Source: a virus. From it: a DNA stretch of 45,509 bases. A model generated the notes under the pieces. The model saw only the letters and a list, made by a program, of their open reading frames with translations, searched no databases and was not told the origin of the DNA. The position numbers and the translations under genes were made by a program. The stretch's first letter is position 1, and each line of letters begins with the position of its first letter. This document shows, in pieces, positions 39,001 to 45,509 of this stretch. The stretch lies in the IMG/VR virus record IMGVR_UViG_3300017435_000001, positions 1-45,509 of that record, one strand, 5' to 3'.

Positions 39001-42000
39001 AGGCTCCATCCGACGAACTGCGCGGCGTGTTCGAGCGGTTCAAGTCGTGGATGCTCCGGGTGTATCGCGGCGTCGCTCGGGCTGTCGGCCTGCCGGCCAT
39101 CACGCCGGAGATCCGCGACGTGTTCGACCGGATGCTCGCGACCGATCAGGAAATCGCGGAGATCCAGCGCGACCCATCCGTGATGCCGATGTTCAAGACG
39201 GCTGAAGAAGCCGGCCTGACGGATGCGCAGTGGGCGCGCATGGTCAAGGCGGGGGAGGCGGCAACCGATGCCGCGAAAGGGCATCTTCTCGCGCGCATGA
39301 TGGGCGAGAAAGCCCGCGAACAAACGGCCGAGTGGAAAGAACAGAAAGAGGCGATCCGCCAAGAGGTATTCGACGAGCTATCCACGCGGCCGATCTATCA
39401 GGTCCAGCACTTCATCCGCACTGGCGAAGTTCTCAACGACATGCAGTTGGTCCCGCTCGAGATCGGCGAGCGCCGGCTTGATCGCGGTTGGCTCGTCCGC
39501 AGGTACGGCGACGGCGTGCTGCGCCGTCTGCCGAAGGTTTCGGGCCGGTTGCAGTACGTCGAGCGCGGCGGCCTCGATCCCGACGAAGTCGCGGAATGGT
39601 TCGGCTTCACGTCCGGCGAGCACCTGGTCGATGAGATGATGTCCGCCGTCCCGTTCAACCGGGCGCTTGTGGCCGAGACGGACGTTCGCATGCGCGAGCG
39701 GAACGGCGACCTCCTGTCGAACCAAGCTGCTGCGGCAGAGGCGGCGACGGAGGCGTTCCACAATGACGTGCGCGTCCCGTTCCTCGAACTCGAACTGCAA
39801 GCCCTGGCGTCGAAGGCCAAGATCAAGGCCGGCAAGATCCTGCCGCAGAAAATCGCCCGGCAGATGGCGCGCGACCTGATCCGTGGGAAGAAAGCCGCAG
39901 AGGCCGGGCGCGTGGCCGTGTTCGCGCGGGCTCGCGACAAGGCGGCGAGGAAGGCCGAGACCGCCATGTTGCGCGGCGATTGGGCGGCGGCGGCCGAGGC
40001 CAAGCGCCAGCAGATCTTCAACCATTACCTGACGCTTGAAGCGCAGGCGGCGCGAGACGAGGCCGAACAGATCCGGCGCTACCTCGACAAGTTTTCGGAC
40101 CGCAAGCGGCCGGGCGGCGTCGACCCGGATTATCTCGACCAAATCGAGGGCATCCTCGAACGGTTCGAGTTCAAGAAAGCCACGTCGCTGCCGGCCATCG
40201 AGCGCCGCAAGTCGCTGGCCGCCTTCGTGGCCGAGGCCGAGGCGCGGGGCGACGCGCTACTGATCCCGCAAGACCTCCTCGATAAGGCGGCGCTCGTATC
40301 CTACAAGGATATGACGATGGAAGATCTGTCGGCCCTGCGCGACGTCGTCAAGAACGTCGAGCACCTGGGCCGGCTGAAGAACCGGCTCCTCGAAAAGGGC
40401 CGGCTCGTCTCGTTCCAGAACGCGCGCGACGAGCTTGTCGCGCAGGCGCGGGCGACGCCGCCAAAAAAGGGTCTGAAACGGCGTAACCCGGATGCGCTCG
40501 AACGGTTCGGGATGCTGACGGCCGGCGTCGACGCCTACCTTCTAAAAATGGAACAGGTGTTCCAGTGGCTCGACCTAGGCGACGTCAACGGCGCGTTCAC
40601 GCGGACTATTTTTCAGAAGTTCGTCGATGCGCAGAACCGCAAGGGCGAGATGCAACTCGCCGTGTCGGAGAAGCTGAAGGCGATCCTCGACGGGCTCGAC
40701 GCCGGGTATTTGAGCGAATTGAAGGCCGTTCCATTAAGGCCAGAACTAGCGTTTACTCGGTCAGAAATCTATGCAATCGCACTAAACCAAGGCACGGAAA
40801 GCAATCGAGAGAAGATCCTCAAAGGCGAGTTCACGGCCAAAAAATCTTTCCGTTCGGAAGACGAAATGAACTCTGCCCTATCCATTCTCACGAAAGAGGA
40901 TTGGGATCGGGTTCAGGCGATGTGGGACTTGCTTGAGGGGTTCTGGCCGGAAACCGCCGCGCTGGAACGCCGGTTAACCGGCGTCGAGCCGCCGCGCCTG
41001 GAACGCCGGAAGGTGCAGACCGCGTTCGGTGAGTATGCCGGCGGGTATTACCCAATGGTGTACGATCCGGCGCAGGCGTTCGACGTCGAGCAACGGGCGG
41101 CGCAGGACGAGGCGAAGTTCTTCGACAACTCGGTCATGTCTCGGCCGGCAGTCGCGCACGGGTTCACCAAGGCCCGCGTCGATGGGTACGCGCGGCCGGT
41201 GCTGCTGGATCTCCGCGCGTTGACCGGGCACATCGACGCCGCCATTCACAACATCACGCACCGCGAGGCCGTGCGCGACACGCTGAAGCTGATCTCGGAC
41301 GGCGAGGTATCGGCGGCCATCGCGGACACGATGGGCCGCCCGGTGTACCGCGAGATGTATTCGTGGCTGCAACGGATCGCGAACGAGCGCGGCGCGCCGC
41401 CGCCGTCCGCCGCCGTGGCTCGGATGATGTCGGGCGCGCGGGCGAATATCAGCCTGTACGCGATGGGGTTCCGGGTGACGACGGCGGTCTCGCAGCTTGC
41501 CGGCTGGTCGAACGCCATGGAAATGGTCAAGCCGTCGTACATGGCGAGCGCTCTCGCGGCGATGGTGCGGCACCCGGTCGACACATGGAACATGATCTCG
41601 TCGAAGTCGGGCGAGATGCGGGACCGGACGAACAACCTCGACCGAGACGTGCGGTCCGCTCTGGCGCGGCTCGAAGGCAAGACGGGCGTCGTCGACAACG
41701 TGAAGCGGTTCGCGTTCTACGGCACGGCGATGGCGGATCGCATGGTGGCCGCGCCGACGTGGCTCGGAGCGTACAACCAGCATCTCGCGGCGTACCCGAC
41801 CGACGAGACCGGGGCCGTGCGCGCGGGCGACCGGGCGGTACGGCTGACGCAGGGGTCCGGCGCGGCCAAGGATCTGTCGTCGATCATGGGCAACAAGAAC
41901 GAGGCTCTGCAAGTTTACACGATGTTCTATTCGTACTTCAATCTGTACTACAACCGGCTGCGCACCTTGGGCCGCGACACGCGGATCATGATGCGCGACG

Positions 42001-42470
42001 GCGAATACGAGGATATCCCGCATCTACTGGCGCGCTCGCTGTTCCTTGTCATCCTGCCGGCGATTATGGCCGATGCCCTGGTGGGGAAGTGGAAGGACGA
42101 CGAAGAGACGCTGGCGTGGTGGGCGTTCCGCAAGGCGGCGCTGTACCCGCTGATGTCTGTCCCGGTGGCGCGCGACATCGCTGGGTCTCTCGATAGCGGC
42201 CTCGCGTACCAGATGTCGCCGTTGTCCCGGTTCGGGGATCTCGCCGTGAAGCTGGCGCAGGATGCGAACAAGGTCGCTAAGGGCGAGGATGTGGAAGCGC
42301 GTCTAGTCGCAAAGCGCGCGGCCGAACTCGCCGGGTACACATTCGGCCTGCCGCTCGGGCAAGGCGTTGGCACGGCGTCGAACGTGTGGCAAGGGTTGGA
42401 ACAGAACGACTTCAAGACGAGAGATCTCTTGTTCAGTCGCCGGGCCTTCGGCGACACGCGCGATCAGTAG
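36033..42470 (+). CDS. Giant internal virion protein (2145 aa) with zincin-like HExxH motif; polyvalent-protein-like
   Basis: Single ORF in the gp16 position. LSTFLHESAHLFLE (H925-H929, nt 38805-38819), then EAHEKFAKAFETYLSEGKAPSDELRGVFERFKSWMLRVY. Gly/Ala-rich hydrophobic block around aa 260-320. Confidence 0.85.
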   Translation: MAGMFDAAVDDIAAGEDKAARAAQPGSTLDMPTTPPPAPVAPINPGDELPGLPADLATPAPAVQAPGPAQALAPADAALASEPAATGQPGPARGMFDAAVDEVASEDNQRLSSALETARTTDPVRYTEAARIAERDGLPLEFVTQNLDDLKTRATANDMRKSLEASPRLKQWFLTGDNANTVKLDDLHKLSGLGWLMEATGAQWSAGWEQRQSADIRYRQMFDRATPEEIARADAIDRQEKRDYGAEGFFQGAIPGAANQLPNMIGGMLAGIPNLGYTATLGTAAGAAVGSAAGGVGAIPGAVAGFGAGVATGLIQGRITDSFKQEAGGAYSEFLQIRGDNGERVDPVVARGAALIAGSANAALESIGEAALEKLVPGMDKIGISALLRNGSREVMKEAIKRPTIQAALRSFGGAVLRGGATEIGTEVLQEAVTIMARIAAEKNSAGEFQPMEAAEISARLVETAEQTAQAMLVLTPALGSTRLGRDLTVWKRSEDMRAIYQSANDTAATTELKTRAPEKYLDAVKSFLGDGKASDTVYVSTDKLTELFQSMDLTPQDLDARIDGFSTRYAEAVATGNDTHIDMAQFQTHIAGTPLGEALIEHQRWHPEMATVAEAREALAEAREAQDRMLEEALAASKADAARAAPRQQVEEAVYGMLVNIGEAPTTARAQAQLQAAFFDTMGQRAGLDPLELFNAQGLDIRRAMPDGLDYRKTDELDLALDAIRKGDAERAGRMRKRGQGASLGAFLRGKGGLVESDSFAGEIRSRDLKGKKLLGRNGKGMNLDDASLAAAEAGYFPSATNDDGTINREGLVEALLSAIDEEVAGRPLFAIAAEDVPLDPQLARVAALADEMSALGLDTASMTNDEIRAELMRASSVDATNGALFQGFDLAGPQPDKRGSIQFGEGRTVINLFQAANLSTFLHESAHLFLEVSKQVAERPVEPGANDVIREDWRKVLAFIGAEEGKPIPREAHEKFAKAFETYLSEGKAPSDELRGVFERFKSWMLRVYRGVARAVGLPAITPEIRDVFDRMLATDQEIAEIQRDPSVMPMFKTAEEAGLTDAQWARMVKAGEAATDAAKGHLLARMMGEKAREQTAEWKEQKEAIRQEVFDELSTRPIYQVQHFIRTGEVLNDMQLVPLEIGERRLDRGWLVRRYGDGVLRRLPKVSGRLQYVERGGLDPDEVAEWFGFTSGEHLVDEMMSAVPFNRALVAETDVRMRERNGDLLSNQAAAAEAATEAFHNDVRVPFLELELQALASKAKIKAGKILPQKIARQMARDLIRGKKAAEAGRVAVFARARDKAARKAETAMLRGDWAAAAEAKRQQIFNHYLTLEAQAARDEAEQIRRYLDKFSDRKRPGGVDPDYLDQIEGILERFEFKKATSLPAIERRKSLAAFVAEAEARGDALLIPQDLLDKAALVSYKDMTMEDLSALRDVVKNVEHLGRLKNRLLEKGRLVSFQNARDELVAQARATPPKKGLKRRNPDALERFGMLTAGVDAYLLKMEQVFQWLDLGDVNGAFTRTIFQKFVDAQNRKGEMQLAVSEKLKAILDGLDAGYLSELKAVPLRPELAFTRSEIYAIALNQGTESNREKILKGEFTAKKSFRSEDEMNSALSILTKEDWDRVQAMWDLLEGFWPETAALERRLTGVEPPRLERRKVQTAFGEYAGGYYPMVYDPAQAFDVEQRAAQDEAKFFDNSVMSRPAVAHGFTKARVDGYARPVLLDLRALTGHIDAAIHNITHREAVRDTLKLISDGEVSAAIADTMGRPVYREMYSWLQRIANERGAPPPSAAVARMMSGARANISLYAMGFRVTTAVSQLAGWSNAMEMVKPSYMASALAAMVRHPVDTWNMISSKSGEMRDRTNNLDRDVRSALARLEGKTGVVDNVKRFAFYGTAMADRMVAAPTWLGAYNQHLAAYPTDETGAVRAGDRAVRLTQGSGAAKDLSSIMGNKNEALQVYTMFYSYFNLYYNRLRTLGRDTRIMMRDGEYEDIPHLLARSLFLVILPAIMADALVGKWKDDEETLAWWAFRKAALYPLMSVPVARDIAGSLDSGLAYQMSPLSRFGDLAVKLAQDANKVAKGEDVEARLVAKRAAELAGYTFGLPLGQGVGTASNVWQGLEQNDFKTRDLLFSRRAFGDTRDQ
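40700..40920. other. Intragenic low-GC patch (about 48% GC) inside the giant gene
   Basis: Hand count gives 86 G+C in nt 40741-40920. Confidence 0.75.
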
Positions 42471-42478
42471 GGGGACAG

Positions 42479-43615
42479 ATGGCAAGCGTTTCGGATATTG
42501 GCCTCGACGTTCTGAAAGAGCGGGAGGGCGTGCGTCTCACGGCGTACAAGGACAGCGTCGGTGTCTGGACGATTGGCTGGGGCCATACGGCCGGCGTCAA
42601 GCGCGGCGACCGGATCACGCGGGCGCAAGCAGAGGCGTACCTCGCGGCCGATATCGACACGCACGCCGCCCCGATACTGGCCGCTGTGACCGTGCCCCTC
42701 GAACAGAACGAGGCCGACGCCTTGGTGTCGATTGCCTTCAACATCGGGGTTGGCGGGTTCAAGCGGTCGACCTTCCTCAAGAAGCTGAACGCTGGCGACA
42801 AGCTCGGCTGCGCTGAAGCGATCCTCGCGTGGGACAAGCCGGCCGAGATCCGTACGCGGCGCGCTGCGGAGCGCATGCAGTTCCTGACGCCGTACACGGT
42901 TGCTCTGCCGGTGGCGACACTGAAGGCTGGCTCGTCTCCCAAGGCGGCGAAGGCCGCCCCTGCCGGCCGGCAGTGGGCAGAGGACGGGCTCGCGGAGTTC
43001 GAGGTTCGCGCGATCCAGCAGCGTTTGCGCGATCTCAAGTTCTTCAAGGTCGGCAAGGTCGATGGCATATGGGGCGACGACACTGCCGCCGCGATCCGCC
43101 TCCTGCAATCCCGCGCGGGCATCACGACGGATGGGCATTGGGGGCCGGAGACGAAGGCGGCGCTTGCGGACAATGAGAATACGGCCATCGTGTCGGAAGC
43201 CCGCGCGAACACAACCGCGAAGGATCTGCGGAACCAAGGCTCCACAATTGCCATCGAAGGCAACCGGGTGACTTGGACGAGTGCGCTCGGCATCCTGGCC
43301 GCCCTGGTAGCCGCAGCACACGCAGCCTACACCGCGCCGGCCGAGATGCCGTTCGGCTCGTCGGTACTGCTCGGGTTCCTGCCGCCGCCGTTCGGGTCGA
43401 TCATCTCGGCAGTCGCGCCGTACCTGATCGCGTTCATTCCGCTCGCGTATAACGCGCTCGCCTCGCGCGGGATTGTGAAAGCGCGGGTTGATGACGAGCG
43501 GAGCGGGCTGCACAATGGCGAGCCCGCGCCGGCCCCAACGCCGGAGGAAAAGGCAACCCTGCCAGATATCGGCGGTTTCCTTGGGGGCTTGTTCGCCGGG
43601 AAACGCAACTCGTGA
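42479..43615 (+). CDS. Endolysin: GH24 lysozyme, PG_binding_1 domain and C-terminal hydrophobic (TM) segments
   Basis: LKEREGVRLTAYKDSVGVWTIGWGHT (T4-lysozyme-type E/D/T). VDGIWGDDTAAAIRLLQSRAGITTDGHWGPETKAAL. TM candidates WTSALGILAALVAAAHAAY and VLLGFLPPPFGSIISAVAPYLIAFIPLAY. Confidence 0.9.
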   Translation: MASVSDIGLDVLKEREGVRLTAYKDSVGVWTIGWGHTAGVKRGDRITRAQAEAYLAADIDTHAAPILAAVTVPLEQNEADALVSIAFNIGVGGFKRSTFLKKLNAGDKLGCAEAILAWDKPAEIRTRRAAERMQFLTPYTVALPVATLKAGSSPKAAKAAPAGRQWAEDGLAEFEVRAIQQRLRDLKFFKVGKVDGIWGDDTAAAIRLLQSRAGITTDGHWGPETKAALADNENTAIVSEARANTTAKDLRNQGSTIAIEGNRVTWTSALGILAALVAAAHAAYTAPAEMPFGSSVLLGFLPPPFGSIISAVAPYLIAFIPLAYNALASRGIVKARVDDERSGLHNGEPAPAPTPEEKATLPDIGGFLGGLFAGKRNS

Positions 43616-44073
43616 CACAGAACCACACGGCGACAGCGATGCACATGACGCGGCCACTGGAATGGCTGCTGGCCTGCTGCATGCTGATGTGGGGGGCGAC
43701 GTTGCTCCGGCCTGAGCCGTACTTCGACCTGCCGGCGTACCGCGTGATGTCGATGGTCATGCGAGAAACATCTTGGGGCTCGGCCGCTGTCTGCGTTGGC
43801 GCTCTCCGCTGCTTGGGCCTCGCGATCAACGGATGGTGGAAGCGGACCCCTATCGTCCGCTTCATCGGGGCTTTGTCCGGCGGGCTCTGTTGGATGAGCA
43901 TCGGATTTCTGATGTACGCGGGGTCTGTCGTCGAGGACGCCAGATTGCCCGCAGGCATGGGCTTCTATGTCGTGTTTTTTGTATTCGAGGGCTGGTGTAC
44001 GCTGTCGACCGGATACGACATGAACAAGAGCGGGTCGCTATCCAACGGAGCGCCGGTGCGTAATGTCCGCTGA
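43612..44073 (+). CDS. Membrane protein (about 4 TM helices), putative holin
   Basis: GTGA overlap with the endolysin stop (alternative ATG at 43639). Hydrophobic helices throughout. Call rests on its position in the lysis cassette. Confidence 0.5.
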   Translation: MTQNHTATAMHMTRPLEWLLACCMLMWGATLLRPEPYFDLPAYRVMSMVMRETSWGSAAVCVGALRCLGLAINGWWKRTPIVRFIGALSGGLCWMSIGFLMYAGSVVEDARLPAGMGFYVVFFVFEGWCTLSTGYDMNKSGSLSNGAPVRNVR

Positions 44074-44449
44074 TGACGTGAAGCCGTGGGTCGACATGCT
44101 GATTGCCCTCATGTCGGTCGGTGGCGGCGGTGCCGTGCTGCTGGCCGTCATTGGTTGGATGAAGGCCAAACACGAAAAGCCCGCTCACATCGCGGACCCT
44201 CCCGGTGTTGGGTCTGCGGGCATGGCTGCTCTTGGCGGCATGGTCATGGGCCGGCAGTTGGGCGACGACATCGTGTCAGGCTTGAACGCGCTCGCGGCGT
44301 CGCAAGACCGCTGCACGCTCGTCCGCGAGCAAGAGATCCGGCTCGCGCGCGAGATCAGCGATCTACGCCACGGCGAGATGCGAAAGCTGAACGACCATCT
44401 CGACACGCTCGGGGACCGCCTCAAGAACCTGCCGGGGTGCGGGGCTTAG
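44063..44449 (+). CDS. N-terminal TM plus coiled-coil protein, i-spanin-like or holin/antiholin
   Basis: WVDMLIALMSVGGGGAVLLAVIGWM, then a helical charged C-terminus (REQEIRLAREISDLRHGEMRKLNDHLDTLGDRL). Confidence 0.5.
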   Translation: MSADDVKPWVDMLIALMSVGGGGAVLLAVIGWMKAKHEKPAHIADPPGVGSAGMAALGGMVMGRQLGDDIVSGLNALAASQDRCTLVREQEIRLAREISDLRHGEMRKLNDHLDTLGDRLKNLPGCGA

Positions 44450-44614
44450 AGGCCGCCTGATCTGCGCCGGCATCGTATGCCAGCGCGAGCAAGGCGGCGA
44501 TTTGGTGGGGCCGAAATGTCCTGTAGGAGCAAGGCCCGCCCCCGTGCCCCTTCCTGTCTTTGAATAGCTTCTCTGCGCTGCGCATGCCGAAATCTATGGC
44601 GGCTTGGCTCGTTT
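44421..44614 (-). CDS. Hypothetical protein (64 aa)
   Basis: ATG 44614 is preceded by GAGGGGGATGTG, the same 15-mer as at 13150-13164. The 3' end overlaps the convergent lysis gene by 29 nt. Confidence 0.5.
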
Positions 44615-44623
44615 CTTTTGGCA

Positions 44624-45043
44624 TCACATCCCCCTCAATGACCGCGCCGAGATCCCGTTCTCGACCGCGCCTCGGTGCGTGTTGTAGTCCAGGCCGGACA
44701 GCTTCTCGATCCGCTGCGGCAAGAGCCCGTCGTGCAAGGTCGCGTACTCGCGCCACGACTGCCGGCCTGCGCGCTCGCGGTGGTCCTCCTCGCGCCAGTC
44801 TTGGGCGAGGCGGCAGACGATAGCCCACACGCCGCGCGCCTTGGCGATGCCGCGCTGATACCGCAGGATCATGAACAGGTCGTACAGTTGAGCGCCGCGC
44901 GTCATGCGCCGGTTGTTCCAGGCTTTGCGGCACTCGACCGCGCAGAACAGGTTCTCGCCGTGGAGCCGGCGCGCCGTGAAGGGCGCGCCGCACTCGCGGC
45001 AACAGGTGGGGGCGGTCAACGTGCGACCTCTGCCCCGAGCCAT
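44624..45043 (-). CDS. Zinc-ribbon protein (139 aa)
   Basis: CCRECGAPF...LFCAVECRKAWNNRR (C-x2-C ... C-x3-C with the CRxxxxxR tail common in phage Zn-ribbon DNA-binding proteins). Confidence 0.6.
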   Translation of the reverse strand: MARGRGRTLTAPTCCRECGAPFTARRLHGENLFCAVECRKAWNNRRMTRGAQLYDLFMILRYQRGIAKARGVWAIVCRLAQDWREEDHRERAGRQSWREYATLHDGLLPQRIEKLSGLDYNTHRGAVENGISARSLRGM

Positions 45044-45228
45044 GCGCGGCGAAGGTCTCCGATGGTGTAGTCAGTTGGCAGATTTGCAGCCAAGTAAGCT
45101 ATTTCTCTCAGCTTGACGTTTACGCCGGGCTGCGCCTCGTCGCCATCTCGGTATAGCGGGCCGGCTACCATCTGATAAACGACGTACACGGAGAAAGGGT
45201 ACGGCCCGACTTTTACGGTTGCGCTCAT
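45016..45228 (-). CDS. Hypothetical protein (70 aa)
   Basis: ATG preceded by GGGGACAGAAG. First gene downstream of motif copy 3. Confidence 0.55.
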   Translation of the reverse strand: MSATVKVGPYPFSVYVVYQMVAGPLYRDGDEAQPGVNVKLREIAYLAANLPTDYTIGDLRRAWLGAEVAR

Positions 45229-45235
45229 CTTCTGT

Positions 45236-45273
45236 CCCCTGCGGCAGGTGCGCCTAGTCGCAAGCCGCAGGGG
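45236..45273 (-). promoter_or_regulatory. 10-bp perfect leader hairpin that pairs the SD of gene 45228
   Basis: Forward-strand arms CCCCTGCGGC (45236-45) / GCCGCAGGGG (45264-73). On the mRNA the 3' arm GCCGCAGGGG contains the GGGG of the SD, 8 nt before the ATG. Confidence 0.4.
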
Positions 45274-45284
45274 TGTTATGGGTT

Positions 45285-45306
45285 AACTTGCCCGGCGTGT
45301 CAAGTT
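45285..45306 (-). promoter_or_regulatory. 22-bp near-palindrome, copy 3 (AACTTGACACGCCGGGCAAGTT on the minus strand)
   Basis: TTGACA (45303-45298), a 17-nt spacer, then CATAAC (45280-75), upstream of gene 45228. It overlaps the TAA stop of the junction-spanning ORF. Confidence 0.55.
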
Positions 45307-45509
45307 AGTCCCCGCCGCCTCCGCTGCTGCCGCTGTCGCTGCTGCTGCACGAACTGCCGCTGTCGCTCGATGATGAGTAGGACGACGATCCGCTGTCGCT
45401 TGAATGGCAGTGCGACGGTCCGGTGTCATAGCTCGGAACGCTGTGTGAATAGATCGACAGGGGTGAGGCCGGGTTGAGCGGCGACAGCGGGTCCATGAGA
45501 GGCGACGGC
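45305..45509 (-). CDS. 3' part of the junction-spanning 123-aa ORF (Ser-rich SDSGSS-repeat tail)
   Basis: ...HSSDSGSSSYSSSSDSGSSCSSSDSGSSGGGGD*. The true start is ATG 290 at the other end of the window. Confidence 0.6.
   Translation of the reverse strand, partial: PSPLMDPLSPLNPASPLSIYSHSVPSYDTGPSHCHSSDSGSSSYSSSSDSGSSCSSSDSGSSGGGGD
45387..45509. repeat. Right copy of the exact 123-bp end overlap
   Basis: Identical to nt 1-123. Confidence 0.95.

Noticed and set aside
44063-44460. Embedded o-spanin (Rz1-like) in the +1 frame of the last lysis gene (track ORF 44086-44460)
   Set aside because: The translation is Arg-rich with no signal peptide or lipobox Cys. It behaves like a typical off-frame high-GC artefact.
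45320-45400. Short regularly spaced repeats (CCGCTGTCGCT x3) as a mini CRISPR-like array
   Set aside because: Repeats are only 11 bp with 16-22-bp spacers. They lie inside an ORF and simply encode the SDSGSS peptide repeat. No cas genes are present.
1-45509. Integrase/excisionase or partition genes that would mark a temperate or plasmid-prophage lifestyle
   Set aside because: No tyrosine/serine recombinase or ParA/ParB-like ORF could be recognised on either strand. The HTH regulators alone are insufficient to call the phage temperate.

Overview
The window is a complete, circularly closed tailed-phage genome. It has 45,386 bp of unique sequence, and nt 1-123 are identical to nt 45387-45509. 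GC content is high: flanking lines hand-count at about 67%.

Gene layout:
- Leftward early/recombination operon, which wraps the junction (minus strand, 2313 -> 1 / 45509 -> 45305). It holds a YqaJ-type exonuclease and small unknown ORFs.
- An inverted plus-strand block (2410-5854): HTH regulator, C5-methyltransferase-like protein, SF2 helicase, DUF4031, VRR-NUC.
- Leftward replication/regulation operon (11981 -> 5940), including a CHC2-Toprim-VirE primase/helicase and HTH regulators.
- A 0.5-kb AT-rich non-coding control hub (11982-12509).
- Rightward operon of small ORFs ending in an HNH endonuclease, followed by a terminator (12510-14220).
- Long rightward late operon (14400-44449): TerS, two inserted genes, TerL, a three-gene glycan-enzyme cluster, then a T7-type morphogenesis order. 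That order is portal, scaffold, major capsid, decoration candidate, gp11-like adaptor, beta-helix spike, gp12-like nozzle and internal virion proteins. The internal virion proteins include a 1077-aa SLT+M15 muralytic protein and a 2145-aa giant carrying an HExxH motif. The operon ends with a lysis cassette.
- Three leftward small genes (45228 -> 44421).

No integrase, reverse transcriptase/DGR, tRNA or CRISPR array was seen.

Most interesting signals:
- A 22-bp near-palindrome present four times at operon boundaries.
- An out-of-frame HTH paralog nested inside a longer ORF.
- Iterons and a 16-bp inverted repeat in the AT-rich hub.
- Sharp low-GC patches inside two genes.
- A glycan-degrading accessory cluster between TerL and portal.
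- An endolysin with C-terminal transmembrane segments.
- The giant HExxH virion protein.

All family calls come from motif reading by eye and need an HMM/BLAST check.
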